The notes: a model not told the origin generated them from the sequence alone. A DNA stretch of 64,000 nt from Camelus ferus (GCF_009834535.1 NC_045697.1:28026001-28090000); one strand, 5' to 3'. Counted from the first letter of the stretch, positions 26,627-41,418 are shown. Translations and numbers: made by a program.

Positions 26627-27336
26627 CTCCTTTGGGTATATACACAGAAGTGGAATTGCTGGATTGTATGGTAGACCTATTTCTAATTTTTGGAGGAAAC
26701 CAAAAAAGAGGATTTCAAAGCAATATGTGCACTCCCACGTTCATTGCAGCATTACTCACAGTAGCCAAGGTATGGAAACACCTAAATGTACATAAACAAA
26801 TGAATGGATTTAAAATATGTGCTATACACATTGGAATATTATTCAGCCATGAAAAACGAGGACATCCTGCCATTTCTGATAACATGGATGGACTTTGAGC
26901 ACATTATGCTAAGTGAGATAAAGTCAGGCAGAAAAAGACAAATACTATATTGTATCACATATATGTGGAATCTGAAAAAGTCAAACTCATAAAAAACAGT
27001 AAAGTGGCAGTTACCAGGGGATGGAGTGGAGAATAAGATTGATGTTGTTTAGGGGTACAAACTTGCAAAAGTAGTAAATAAACCATAGAGATCTAGTGTG
27101 CGGTATAAGGAATGTGGACAGCAGTACTGTACTGCAATCATCAAACTTGCTAAGAGACTAAAACAATTATCCCAACCACTAAAAAAAGAAGGATAATTAT
27201 GTATGTAATCTGACAGAGGTCCTAAATACTGCTACAACAGCAATCAGGTTACAATATACACTTGTGTCAAATTAACTAGATGTACACCTTAAATTTACAC
27301 AATGTTATATGTCAAATATATTTAATCAAAAACAGG
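26627..27336 (+). mobile_element. L1 (ORF2 end plus 3'UTR, L1MA-like) with 5' inversion, inserted in a MIR
   Basis: 26627-26701 antisense ORF2 segment joined to sense continuation (MCTPTFIAALLTVAKVWK; YYSAMKNEDILPF...WMDFEHIMLSE); TSD agaaaac. Confidence 0.85.
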
Positions 27337-27509
27337 AGAAAACTGAGACCCAAGGAGCTTATGTAACTTACTTAAAGTTGCACAGTTTGTAAGCAGTAAA
27401 TCCAACATTCAACCCAGCATTACCTCCCACACCAGGACTCACCTGGGAGACCTGGGCACAGCTGTACACAAACATCATTAATGAGAAGAAAAGATGACAG
27501 TTATACTGA

Positions 27510-27656
<147 letters not shown>

Positions 27657-28089
27657 TAACCAGTTAAATAGCAAGACAGACTGTTGGTGAAAACCCTTAT
27701 GCAACTGCTGTTAATAAGCACAGCCCTTGGAACAGGGCAGAGTTATTTAATTCAGGCGCTCCTCCTTCTCACTTCCAAACACTCTGTGCACCTGCTCTTG
27801 TTACGGGGGCTGGTCACGTTGACCTCTAATCCTCTCTTCTGCTGGGTGGGGACTCCAGAGTCAGGCGTCTTTATTTTTCTGGACGGCGCAGTCCCTGGCA
27901 CATCACAGGCACACAGAAAATGCATCTGGTCAAATGAACCAAGGTCACAGTGCACTAAACAGGGCCCAGTGACTACAGCTTATGCTCCAGTGTCTAATTT
28001 TTTTTTATCAGCATGTGAAAGTTGTTGAATGTGGTTGATTTGTTGGTGGGCAGGTCTTTCAGTGGATTTCTTTTCATATTTTTCTTCTT

Positions 28090-28315
28090 TTTTTAATTGT
28101 AGTATAGTTAATTTATAATGTGCTAGTTTCTGGTGTACAGCATATATATATATGTATAGATATATAGATACATATCCTTTTTAATATTCTTTTTCAGAAT
28201 TACAGGCTATTGAATATAGTTCCCTGTGCTACACAGTAGGTCCTTGTTGTTTATCTATTTTATATATAGTAGTTTGTATCTGCTAATCCCAAATTCCTAA
28301 TTTATCCCCCTACCC
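28090..28315 (-). mobile_element. L1 3' end
   Basis: Perfect 17-bp TSD ttcatatttttcttctt (28073-28089, 28316-28332). Confidence 0.9.
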
Positions 28316-31182
28316 TTCATATTTTTCTTCTTCCTTTTGATTTACATGTGTAGGAATCAGGGTGTATTTGTCGGTGACCTACGCTTCACGCAAAGAGTAC
28401 AGTTCTGACAAAGGTCATTTTTTAAGAGTTCTAGCTTCTCTCCATCAAAGGCACGAAGGCACGCAGTACACCAGTGTGCCATGTGTGGGGTTGTCAATCA
28501 CTGAGTAAGCCAGGTACCCGCTCCCAATAACCTTCCAGCCAGACAATGACATGACCCAAGGAGACTAGAACCTATTTTGTGAGAATCAAGGCTCCCTTAA
28601 GGGGGAAAAGATGTTCTCAGAGTTGGATGTGCTTAATGACTAGGTTGTCCATTTGGGAGCAGAAGATAGGAAAGCATTGGCTACATACACAGAGGGTGAC
28701 TGATGTCACCACCAAGCACTACAACCACAACTGTTTTGTGTAGGTTATGCTGAAAATTTAAGCAACCGTGGACACACAAGGCTGACTTCTCCTGGGATCA
28801 TCTGAAGGGTCTCATTTGCAACATTTTCACTACTTACTTGCTATTTGGCCTTGAACAAGTTATTTAACCTTCCTGAAACTCAGTATCTCACCTGCAAAAT
28901 GGAGACAGTGATATGTATTCCCAAGAGCTATTGTAAAGATCAAATTAAGTAATACATGTAAAAACATATATTATAGTGCCTGGCACACAGAACTACTCAA
29001 AGTGTTAGCTGTTATTATTATTTAAAGTGCTAACACAATGCCAGGAAAATAGTAAGGATGCAATAAACTGTAGCTTTTATTTCTAATTGTATCCGTGATA
29101 ATATGCATGCATACTCAGTCCCTGGAAGCATTTTGTGCCCAGCTGTGTTACATACCTTTAATGAAAGCTCAGACACAAGACCTCAAATGCTTCTGCCTCG
29201 ATGCTCAGGGCAAAATTATTCTAAACATTTACAAACTATCATTTAAACACTATCCCCTGCTTTAGCCCCACATAATGACCTTATGTGCCTTCAGTTTAAT
29301 GAGATTTATGCTCGTTTGCATCAAAATAGAATAATCAATTATACTGAAGCATAGAGGCCAATATCAAAGAGACAGCTGGAGAACAATGTTTCTGAACATT
29401 TGTGTGTTTCTACAAAGTCACAAAGGATGACAGCCTTGTCTTTGTTTTAATAATGAAGAAACTAAGACACTAGCTGTTAAAGTTCATGCAGCTAGTGTTA
29501 TGGACCCAAGGTGAGTTCATGTAGATGCTTCTTTTCCAGAGTAACAATCAGCAAAAAGATCCAGGCTATTTCTCTTCAGTCTCATGATACCTGAGGCAGA
29601 CCTTGGTCCTCTTGGGGTGTCATTCAAAAAGGATAAAAAGAAGATCCTAGATTCTCCCTAACAGCGAAGAGATATTGTTGCCAGTGCAAGTAGTTAAGGC
29701 AGTTTTGCATCCCCAACTAGTGCTTTTTCTTGGAAAGGAAACTTGATTCAATACTGTTAAATAAAAAATGTTACTACATGTGATATGTTCCAGGCTTAAT
29801 AGAGACTTTTGAATATGTCCAAAATAAAAAAAAAAAAATTGGGGTCTTGATAGCATGTTTAAGAAATGATAGATTCATTTCTCTTTAAGTGACAGAATCC
29901 TGTTATCTCCCATAATATATCCATTTTCCCATAGGGCATCTCCAGATTATCAAAACAGTATTAATTTTAATTAATTTAATTTAATAAATAAATGACATTT
30001 GAACACTGAAAGAAGAACAGGAAAGAAGAATAGCAGGGTTGTCATTAAATCAATCCAATTATAATGGAGTGTTACAACTCCAGGAAGGTGAGGGATTAAC
30101 TGAAAGCTATAGAGAGCAGTCTCATGGGTGAGGGTGAGCAGGCAATCCAGGAGCAAAATTCAGAGAGAAACCAGAGCATTTTCATCATATTTTTTTCTTG
30201 TAAGCACTTACATTCTTAAAAGCCCTCTAACACCTGAATAATTTATTTGATTGTCTCAGGAAATGTAATAAACTGTCATTTTTAGATAAATTTAATATCA
30301 GGCTCCTCTGCATTTAATAACATTAGCTAATGATTTGCATGTTTGTCTTTCCAGCAGAGTGTAATTTTATCACACTGCTATGGGTCTCTAATTTGGTTTA
30401 CCACTGTTGTGAGGAGATCTTTGAAAGCTATTTCCTCCTTTTATTGCTTTGGTAAAGATCTTCTCGGCCACATGTACAGACCAAGAATTGTGGCAATAGG
30501 TATTCTTTGTTGCATCATTCTTTATCATCTGTTTTTTATCCACTTGCACTTTCTCTGTGATTATTTTCCTAAAATACTTGCTGCAAGCTATTGGTGTATT
30601 TCTCTGTTTTATAGAATGAATGCACATTGAAAAGTGGGGGCTACACAGGGTGCTTGTATCCTAATTTAGTGTTGATTACTTTCAAATATCTTTAATCTCC
30701 CTGTGTTTATATCTTTGTAGCACATAGCAATATAGTAATGTAAATCTTTAGTGTTTGCAAAATACTTACGCATTTGTTGTATTATTTGGTCCTTACAGCA
30801 ATGCTAAAGAGGGGATGGGTGGCGTTTATTATCCCATGTTTACAAGGGAGGAAATGGAAGGTAAGAAGCCCTGTGACTGGCCCCAGGTCACGTAGCAGTA
30901 AGTGCAGGAGCTGGGGAAGAACTCCTACCATCCAAGTCTCAGGCCAGGGCTTTTTCTGCCCTGCAGCACCACCTCACCCAGAGGAGAAGGACTGGGCAGT
31001 TTGGGAATGAGACCCTGTGGGAGCTGCCCCTCTTTGCCTAACTAGGGAAGATGGGTTCAAGATCTCCGCCCAGCAAAGACATAATCTTAGCTTTTGTTGA
31101 AATCGCACTCTCTCATTCTATCCTGGACTCTGTAGCCCTCCAGCTCTCCCTTTGTGCATGTGACTAATGCCTTCTCATTCTT

Positions 31183-31401
31183 TTGTTTTCTTTAATTTCC
31201 GTTGTTTTTATTCTCCCTCAGTATTTTTTTTTTTTGGAAGAATGGCTGGTTTACGGTGTTGTGTTAATTTCAGGTCTGTAGCAAGGTGATTCAGTTATAT
31301 TCTTTTTCAGATTCTTTTCCATCCATTATTGTATATAAAGTAGATTAACAACAAAGGCCTACTATATAGCACAGGAGCTCTATTCAATTCCTTGTAACAG
31401 A
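31183..31401 (-). mobile_element. Short L1 with 5' inversion and an extra 3' segment
   Basis: TSD cttctcattctt (31171-31182, 31402-31413); antisense L1 3' end 31224-31322, sense L1 segment 31323-31399. Confidence 0.8.
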
Positions 31402-32254
31402 CTTCTCATTCTTGAAGGCTCAGTTCAGGCATCACCTCCGGGAAGTTTTCTTAATACCCCTGAGGACTGGATTACGTGCTGCAAAATTTTGCTCCATCTG
31501 AGCCCTTACCTCTTTGGGTTTTATGATTTGCTTATATCATCTTCATCGTGAACAAAGACAGCCACCTCTCTCTCTACCCGCAAGGCACACGCCTCCCTCC
31601 CCCTGCCCCGAGCCGTGGCCGCCTTGGCCTCCCAGCTGTCCCTTAGCAAGCCAGGCACTCCCCTCCTTCCTGGACTTGGCTCTGGCAGTGTCTCTGCCTG
31701 AAGGCTCTTCCCGGGATCTGTGCGGCTCTCCACTCTCCTCCTCCTGGTTATTATTCAAAAGGCAATTTCTCCATTTGAAATTCCTAACCCGGAGCTGCCC
31801 CTATTCCTCTTCCTTGGTCTGCTTCTCCATCAAACTCCTCACTGGACACATGTGCTTTACTTCTCTGGTTTGTTGTTTACTGATCTGCTCCCAAATTCTA
31901 GGTGATGATAAACTGATTAAGCCAAATGTTTTGAACACAGACCTACAAGTCGCCCTGGCTATCTTCACAAGCTGCTGATTAACCATTTTGTTTATAAAAC
32001 AGAAAACAGCACAACTAGACGTGTTCGATACAGTATTTCTCACATAGCTTTGTCGTCCCTGAACCTGCTGCCTTCACCCGCTGACATAGGCCAGAGTGCT
32101 TTCTTCTCAGAGGCTTTTGAGTTCATGTAATCAGACCAGACGAATGATGCTTTTAGTCCCGTCCACCACCCCAAACTGGTGATAAATTCGTTGTGGAATC
32201 AATGCTTTAGCACGTACCAGAAACTTTTTTCACTCTTTAAAAAAAATTGTAAGT

Positions 32255-32472
32255 GTTTTTAATTGAAGTATGGTTGATTTACAATGTTGTGTTAGTTTCT
32301 GGTGTACAGCACAGTGAGTCAGTCATACATATATTCTCTTCCATATTCCTTATCATTATTGCTTATTATAAGATATTGATTATAGTTCCCTGTGCTATAC
32401 AGTAGGACCTTGTTGTTTATCTATTTTATATATAGTAGTTAGTATCTGCAAATCCCAAACTCCTAATTTATT
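32255..32472 (-). mobile_element. L1 3' end
   Basis: ttaattgaagtatggttgatttacaatgttgtgttagtttctggtgtacagc...caaatcccaaactcctaattta. Confidence 0.85.
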
Positions 32473-33248
32473 AATTAGTTTTATTTTATGATATATATAA
32501 CATGTTATATTATATCATGAATATATTAGTGTATACGGTGTAATTAATTAGTAAATTCCTTATTCAGTAAATACTCATTTTATCACCTGCATTGTTCCAG
32601 GCACTGATTTAGATGCTCTGAATTTAGAAATGAGCAAAACAAATACTGTCTGTGTCCTTAAGTAGCTTCTAATCTGGAGGGAAGACATATCAATACGAAA
32701 TATTGTAGGACCAAGCAGGTGGCCTAGGAAATCGTGGGAAATTTCTCTAGAGGTATAATATTTTTACATCAGATAGACAATCCACGGAGACTTGCTTGAT
32801 TTCCACTTGCTTAGCACTGCGGCTTCGTGGACATAAAAAGGTGCCCTGGGTATCATTAAGGGTTGCAGTGCTAAGCCTAACAATATACTGTAAGTCATAA
32901 AATCAGTGCTGTCCCAGGGCTCTCAGACCTGAGAAAGGTCATTCATCTGTTCACTCAGTCATTCTTGCAATAAAGAGCCACTGACCACCTACAACTGGGA
33001 ACAAGGCCGATAGGGCCCTCCCTGCCCTCACGTGCCCTCCAGGCCAGCCCGGGGTGCCCCGGTAGAGCTGCGAGCAGCCGGGCTCCACCAGCCCCGGCCC
33101 CGGCCGCAGCCTGCTGCCTGGCTGCCCTGCTGCCAAACCGGCACAGCTCCCCTTTGCCAGGCGGCTGGAACATGGGCTGCTGCCGCCCCCACTGCCACTC
33201 TGACCGCAGGCTGTGAGGTTGGGGGAGCTGCCACATTCTGAAGGATGA

Positions 33249-33443
<195 letters not shown>

Positions 33444-33982
33444 TAACATCCCAGAGATCCACCTGAAATAGAGAAGCTCCAAGCCCCCAGTGGCACATGG
33501 CGGGAGGGGCATCTGAGCGCGGTAGTTAAGGTTCCAGGAGGCAACATCACGAAACCTGGTGATGGAGAACATGCTAGGCTGTCATGGGACCTACACTGGA
33601 GTTGCAACTTCACTAGTAATTGCCTTGTGGCCTTGAACAAGGCACTTCTCCACAAAATAGAATTTTCCGTCAGAGCAGTGGTTATCTTCAGCATAGGGGA
33701 GGACAGAGGGTGCAGAATCACCAAAGGGCTTTTTTAGATTCCGTCTCCCCTCCCCTAAAGCAGCATGTCAGAATGAGGCAGAGAAATGCACGTCAGCCAG
33801 AGCCAGCTCACCCACATGCCCCTCCCACTGGGAAGCCAGTGCTACCCAGTGTCTAAGGCCATTCGAGCTCTCTAATGGTAAAGTAACACAGGATGTTTTG
33901 CAAGTTAGTACAGGGTCTTGCTATGTCATTTCTTAATGAGGTCACTGATCATTAATTACTTTAAATGGCATCATTTTCCCCA

Positions 33983-33985
<3 letters not shown>

Positions 33986-34055
<70 letters not shown>
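33986..34055. repeat. (TC)35 microsatellite
   Basis: Directly visible. Confidence 0.97.
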
Positions 34056-34059
<4 letters not shown>

Positions 34060-35111
34060 TTTCTTTCCTTCTCTTTAGCGATCAGTGGTTGGTGCAGGTC
34101 CTCACTCATCAAGGTGGGTGAGGAAAGGGCAGACTGAGGCAGTGAGGTGGAGAGATGAGTAATTTCTTTATCTCTGATAGAGGTCACTGATTCTGGCAGG
34201 TCAGCAACTTGAACACAGCAGGAAATTGCCTCATTCATCTCCGGGCAGCACCTGCCACCGCTCAGAGAGTGCATAGTGCCTCCAAGATCTTATTTACATA
34301 GTCAGGTAAACCTTTGTCCCTCAAAGAGGATACACCAAGGGTAGTTTTGTGGGGGTTTTGTCTCCCCATTAACTTGCCATCAACACCCTGACATAATAAA
34401 CTTTGACATGCAAGCTTTCACATGAGAAGTACGTTTAGCCTAAGCTCAGGCACAACTTTCTCTTAAGCAAGCAGCTTAAACTGTAATGTAAAAGCTGGTG
34501 AGACTGCCCTTTCAAAATTCAGGGAATAACAGAGAGAGCAGGTGGTTTCTGCTTGTTCAATAATTTTTAAGGCCACAGGTTGCTCAAACTGCACTCACGT
34601 GCAATGAAACTAATCACAACCCTCCTCCCTCGTGAGGCCGGGAGACCCAGCCTGGCTGGAGAGGAGCAGAGCCATCCGGCATCTTCCTAGCATGACACAT
34701 TATTAGTTTCATGAAGCATCAAGGGCCTCGTGAGACATAGCAGATGAGGAAATTTGCTTTAGCAATGACCCTGGCTAATTCATATAGATACGTAATTCTT
34801 TCATAGTTGGTCACAAAAAGTGAAAAATATACTATGGCTCTTCCAAAGTGACTGTCATTTTTATTCCTCTCTGAGTATCATTTTAGGATGCTTTTCAAAA
34901 ATTCCTCTGGCCCTGCAGTGTTCTCTCCATGCTTTCTATTTGGTCCCTTTTTCCTACTATATTTTTACCAAACAACAACAAAGTGTTTTCAGGGAGCTTG
35001 AGGAATGGCCCCATCATTCTTTAAATGTACAGAGAACCACCTCTGATGCTTTAGGGTTTGATCTGAGTCGTGGGACTGGCATTTCTTATGGTTTCCATGT
35101 TTGTACAATAA

Positions 35112-35327
<216 letters not shown>

Positions 35328-36064
35328 TAAAGAGCAGTAATACTATGTTAATTCTATTAACAGCTCAATTTTAAGTGAGGCGAAGCCATTTCGTTTTCAT
35401 TTCTACCCTGTTACACATTATAGAAATATGAATATCAATGTCGTAGACGCTAGGATTTCTCTACTCCAAGACATTTCGTGACTTAGCATAGATATTATAG
35501 CTTTCCTCCATAGCTTTACAATTATAATTTAAAGGAAAAAAGATCTTTAGGAACATAGTTGATTTATCTTTAAGGTAAAATTCTATCCTATATGCAAATT
35601 TGTAATCATAAAATGTCTTTATGCCCATAACTAATGATGTAAAAGAATTTCATTGCCGCAGTTTTTATTTCATAGTTTAATAAATTTATAAGTGCATAAT
35701 TTACACTTTATGTCCGAAAATGAATTTGCAATAACTTCATTTCACACTGAATTTTAATTTTAGAGAAAGAATCTTTCAAATTAGGTCACTCTGAAGACAA
35801 ATGTCACTGAGGTCTATTCATTCTGGCACCCTCCCATACACTTTCTTAAGGACCTGCCTGTTGTGTGCCCAGCATTGCTCTGAGAACTGGGGACCCAGCT
35901 GAAGAGGGCTTGTCATGTTCCTGTTACCTGATGACACTTCTGTTTTGTAGTACCATTTCCACTTAAAAAAGACCTAAGAGTACCCATTAATCTTTAGGTA
36001 AATTTTTTCGGGTCATATTTGTGTTTTGGAGTTTTTTCCCCCAGGAATTACATAATTGTTTTAA

Positions 36065-36274
<210 letters not shown>

Positions 36275-36288
36275 TAAATGTTACTTTC

Positions 36289-36644
36289 TTTTTTAAAATC
36301 TATTTTTATATATAGTAGATAACATTTGCACCCACCCACTTTCCCCGGTAACCATACGATTGTTTACTATGTCTGCAAGTCTGTTTCTGTTTTATAAATG
36401 AGTATATAGTGTCCTTTCTTTCTTTTTTTTTAACAGATTCCACATATGAGTGATATCATGTGGTATTGTTCTTTCTCTTTCTGGCTTACTTCAGTTAGAA
36501 TGATGATCTCCAGGTCCATCCATGTTGCTGCAAATAGCATTATTTTATTCTTTTTATGGCTGAGTAGTATTCCATTGTATAAATATACCACGGCTTCTTT
36601 ATCCAGTCATCTGTTAATGGACATTTAGGTTGTTTCTATGTCTT
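36289..36644 (-). mobile_element. L1 fragment inserted 15 nt into the intron
   Basis: Antisense L1 ORF2-end/3'UTR motifs; perfect TSD gtaaatgttactttc (36274-36288, 36645-36659). Confidence 0.9.
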
Positions 36645-36721
36645 GTAAATGTTACTTTCAATTCTTATTTTTCCAGTTTTATGTATATGTGCCATTCAAA
36701 TGCACGCCCACAACACCCCCT

Positions 36722-36722
<1 letters not shown>

Positions 36723-36759
<37 letters not shown>
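36723..36759. repeat. (CA)n microsatellite
   Basis: Directly visible. Confidence 0.95.
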
Positions 36760-36761
<2 letters not shown>

Positions 36762-39041
36762 ATGTATACACCCTCAGGTCTTAAAGATTCAGAATTCAAG
36801 TTAACTGATTCCATTGTTCTATGGTCATCTTAAGAAATAAGGACTCTCAAGAACCATGTTAGCAAGAATAGTAATAATTAGCTAAATATTCCAGAAATTA
36901 CTTATGAAGAGATTTAAGAGAAGATACCTTAAATCATTCAGAGCTAAGTGTTTGTTTTAATAGATCAGAATCTGGAAGTACAGACTTTTGAAGATAATTA
37001 CATTTTCGACATGCCACACAAATAGAGAAAGGACACCTTATTGGACTTCTCAGCTGGCTTCACAGAAATATGCAAACACACCCCCACTGTTCCTAGGGAC
37101 TTACACCAACTCTGCATAGTCTGAATTCTGGCAGTGATGGTCACCAGTGTCAGCCAGTTCACTGTGGACTGCTTGTGTGTGCATGTTTGCTGTCATATGT
37201 TTGTTCTTCAGTAAGTGGTATCTACTATTATTAGTTTATCTAGTGAAATAAAAATGTGTAATATGTTATGTTCTATAAATGAAAATAGCTGGTATGGAGT
37301 ATTCATTAAGATAGTTGATTATGGAGCTGAAGAAAAAAGCCATTAACTTTTATGCATATGACTGTGTGCTGTGGCATAGACAATTAGCACAAGTCCACAT
37401 GCCCTCTCATTATTACACAGACACAGGAGCCAAAATAAGAGCCTCCTAAAAATATATGGATACACACACACGCGCGTGCACACACACACACATACAGAGC
37501 TCAACACATTCCTTTACTTCGCTAGCTAACTAGTCTTCGTTTATTACTGCACTTGGCGTTGTAGGCTGGGGAGCAAATTTTTAGTGGCAGGACCTTCCAA
37601 AAAATCATTATTAGTGTCTTTGTACTACTGGTAGCATTTTTGCCTCACTTGTACAGATTTGTCATCTAGTCTAGATTTTCATACCTAAACATGTGAAAAT
37701 CAAAAATATAAGAACTACACAAGTCCTGCCTTTAAAATGCCTACAAAGAATATGTACTTACCTCATTGTATAGAAGGAAGTGGAAAGAGCAGAATAAGAA
37801 AAGGTTAAAATATTGAGGAAAACATCTGAGCACTGTTTTATATTTGTGGTGCTGATTTGAAAGAGGAGGGCTAAAGCCAGAAGCTCCTGAGTATGGAAAG
37901 CAAGACCTTACCCTAAGCTCCTGTCCGATCCCCAGCCCCTGACTGTCCCCACCTTACCAGGTGGCACCAAGCAAAAGGTAACAAGGCCTCATGTATGTCT
38001 GTATGATTAGTGCCTCTTCACCCACCTGCCCGAGAACAGAGAGAAATGCTCTTAGCTCTCTCCTGGCCTTACTCCTGACCCTTTCTGTAGATAAGTTCTG
38101 GATGGGTGGATGGGTATATGGATAAATGGATATAGCTCAACAAACTTGAACATACAGCTTAGACAGAATCCTATTTATCAAAACAAAACCGAGATTTACC
38201 TCACTGACGTCACTAGACCTTTTAACATGTAAGATTCTTAACTTGGAGTTACTGTTTTACTAATAGCATTTTAATCACTATTCATAAAAGTCATATATAC
38301 TTATTGTTTAAAAAAATCGGACAATACATTGTTAGGTAATTAGATTGTTTTCAGTTTTTGTCATCATCTGCAGTGTTATGACGAGCATTGCTTTGTTAAA
38401 TATTTGTGTCTGTCTTGCATTATTTTCTTGGGGTTAAGTCCTAGGAGTGCAATGGCTGGAATAAACGTGGAGTTTCGATATAAGTCTGAAAAACATATTC
38501 TACAGGAGTTTTATCCTGAGGCATCTAATAAAAACATAATCAAGATATCAAGGGACATCTGAGTTTGAATCCCCCCTCTTTCATTTCCTACTACTTGTCC
38601 TAAGCAAGTTACTTAACCTTCTTAAATGTCAGTTGCTTCATCTATAAAATGGGAATAATAATGGACCCTAATAATGTCATTATGAGGATTAAATGTGAAT
38701 ATGCACCCAAAAGTACTTAACATAGTACCTCAGTGAATGTCCGTTATTATTTTTAAATAACAGAAAAACTGGAGAAAAATCACTTGGCAAGACCCTATAC
38801 ATGTGAAGCTCAAGCCTGGTATTTTTCCTCCATATGCTTTTGATTCTAGAAAGCAGTAGGGGAGAAGTAACCTGTGACTGTGAATCCTGGAAGGTTACTG
38901 AGGAAAGCATTTCTATAGAACATCTTCAAATGTGTGTGCCGTTCTTTTAAAGGGAATGCTGTATTAATATCAACAATTATGTTGTAGTTCAACTATTTTT
39001 CTTTATTAAAAATCCCCAAACCTCTTTTTTTCTTCTTTCAG

Positions 39042-39114
39042 ATTAACTACTGCAATGTGCAAGGAAGTGGCCACCCTATCAGAGAAGTTTACAAGAACTT
39101 TAACCGCTGTTGGG
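39042..39114 (+). CDS. FAM114A1: FAM114A1 coding exon (LTTAMCKEVATLSEKFTRTLTAVG)
   Basis: ctttcag|A TTA...GGG|gtaaga; 73 nt, phase 2->0. Confidence 0.95.
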
Positions 39115-39667
39115 GTAAGATTATGATATTGATTCTTTCTTTACCTTTTTTAAGGAGGATGGCCTATGAGGGGCTGTGAGATGAAGTGGAGGGTGCAGTG
39201 CCGCGTTTGACAGCTCCCCAAAGCAGAAGCCCCGCCGTGACATTTACTAAAACGAGGTCAGAGCACCTGCTCTAGCGACAGGAGGCTCAGGGCGCTCGTC
39301 TCACTGCGCTCCAGCCCTGCTGCTGCGTCTCAAACGCACGGGATACCGGGTGGAGTTTCAAACCTCTCTGGCCCTCATTTCCTTGATTTGTTTTTTATAA
39401 AGTCAAATGAGGTTTCCTTCTATAACTGAATATCTGGGATATATAATTCAAAAATCTCTATTAAAATGATTCATTTTTGTGTGAAAAAGATGCAGTACAG
39501 AATGATAAATTTATCTGAATTTTTGAAAACTAACTCAGAAGTACAATATAGTATTCATGGGCGTGTGTATGAGTGGTAATCTTATACTCACTTGATGATA
39601 CAAGACAGATTATGAAAATGGTTGTTTAGCCAGAGAAGGGGACAGATTTGCCATAAAGATAATGGAT

Positions 39668-39724
39668 TTTTTTTTGTATATATTTATTTCTATTGACGTA
39701 TAGTCAGTTTACAGTGTTGTGTAG
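39668..39724 (-). mobile_element. Minimal L1 3' end (~55 bp)
   Basis: attgacgtatagtcagtttacagtgttgtgt; TSD gataatggat (39658-39667, 39725-39734). Confidence 0.75.
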
Positions 39725-40147
39725 GATAATGGATATTTCATGTTCCTTTTTAAAAAATAAACATTTGAATGGGAAAAAAGTCATTTTTAATATTCACACT
39801 CACTGTTGCCCTCAAAGCCTGTTTAATAAGCCATGCAAGTTGGAAATGTCCATGTTTTATTGTTGCATTTTAACTTTCACCGAAAGAAAAAATTATACCT
39901 ATCGCTCTGTAGAAGTGTTTCTGTTCCAAGGTAACAACTTTGAAAGGCTTAGTGTTCATTTGGAGATGTGGCTTCTGGTTATTTTCATTAGAAGTCACTC
40001 ATGTTATGTAACAAAGTGGGATTCGGGAAGACAAGTGGAAATTAGCCCTTTTTAATCTTTCTACTTTTTCTTTTAAGGGCAGGGGGTTTTTCCATGAGAA
40101 ACAGCAAGTTTTACTTCCTATTTGGACTGGGGTGCTTGGGTTATAAA

Positions 40148-40314
40148 TGTGTTAGTTGCCCAGGGCTGCATTAACAAGCAGCATAAACTGGGGGCTTGAA
40201 CAACAGAATGTATCATCTCACCGTTCTGGAGGCTAGAAGACCAAAGGCAAGGGGTTAGCAGAGCCATGCCTCCTCTGAAGCCTCTAGGGGAGGATCCTTC
40301 TCTGTTTCTTCCAG
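40148..40314 (-). mobile_element. MLT1 LTR fragment
   Basis: tgtgttagttgcccagggctgcattaacaag...aacaacagaatgtatcatctcaccgttctggaggctagaag. Confidence 0.75.
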
Positions 40315-40476
40315 GTTCTCAAACCTTAATGTGCAAGCAAATCACCTAGAGATCTTATTAAAACGCAGGTTTTTGATTCAGTGGGTCTGGGATGAGGACT
40401 GAGATTCTGCATTTCTAACAAGCTCCCAGGTAGTAACAGAGCTCCTGATTCACATTCTACGTCTTGAATAGCAAAG
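40315..40476. mobile_element. MER5A-like hAT-Charlie MITE
   Basis: ttctcaaaccttaatgtgcaagcaaatcacctagagatcttattaaaa...ctgcatttctaacaagctcccaggt. Confidence 0.8.
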
Positions 40477-41418
40477 CTCCAGAGGATAAATATGTACTTG
40501 AATGAGTATCTATACACACACACTTACACACAGAATACACACATACACACACGTGTACAAATGATTGCATGCACAAAATCAGGAACACACAAGTTATCTT
40601 CTGGAGAAAGAAAAAGCCGAATCTAAATCGCATTTACTGATCTGCTATCTCACCACAGTACCCGCCATCTTGTGCACTGATGAATCATTCACATCAAGTC
40701 ATTATTTCTCATCTCTAAAAGAGCCATTATTCATATCTTGAAGTTAATGAGTGTGTATTGCTCTCCAGACTCTATTTAAATTGCTTGCACATCTCATTGA
40801 TTCTGAAAACCAATGTCATTTTATTGCCCTCATTTTGATTATATTTTAGAGGTTTATTGATAATCAGATAAACATGAAAGCAAACCATAATGGATTTTCT
40901 GGTGATTCTCTAAAATGACTGGGTTTTTAAAGAGCTTTTTCCCAAGACTCCATTATGGTTTCCCTAGTAAGACATTACTTAGCCCTCAGGAGAGCGATGC
41001 CAGTGCAAGTGGGCTGCTCTGGGAAGATGTGTTTCGTTTATATGCTTTTGTTTACCATAAAGTCTTTCAAGTAGAGTGAGGCAAGCAGTCTTTTAAGGTT
41101 GCCTCTCTCTTGCTAGTCCATTTAATTATTTATTGCCTAAGAGTGGATTGAACATTAGATAGAGAAGACTGTTGATTGATGGACCAATAGTGGACATAGT
41201 AATAATGATGACACTAACACCAGTTCTCACTTTTTGAACACCTCCTTAATACCAGGCTCTGTAGTCTGCACTTTACATATATTCATGTCTTGGAACCAAG
41301 ATGTACCAACGTGTTTGCAAGTTATATTTTAGAGCATTTTAACTTTGCTGCTAATCTGGAAGACACACCCTATAATCAAGTACCCAAGTTTGCATTTAAA
41401 ATAAAAAAGACTACAGAC

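Noticed and set aside
33918..34274. Poly-SL and poly-ER ORFs
   Set aside because: Translations of the (TC)n microsatellite.
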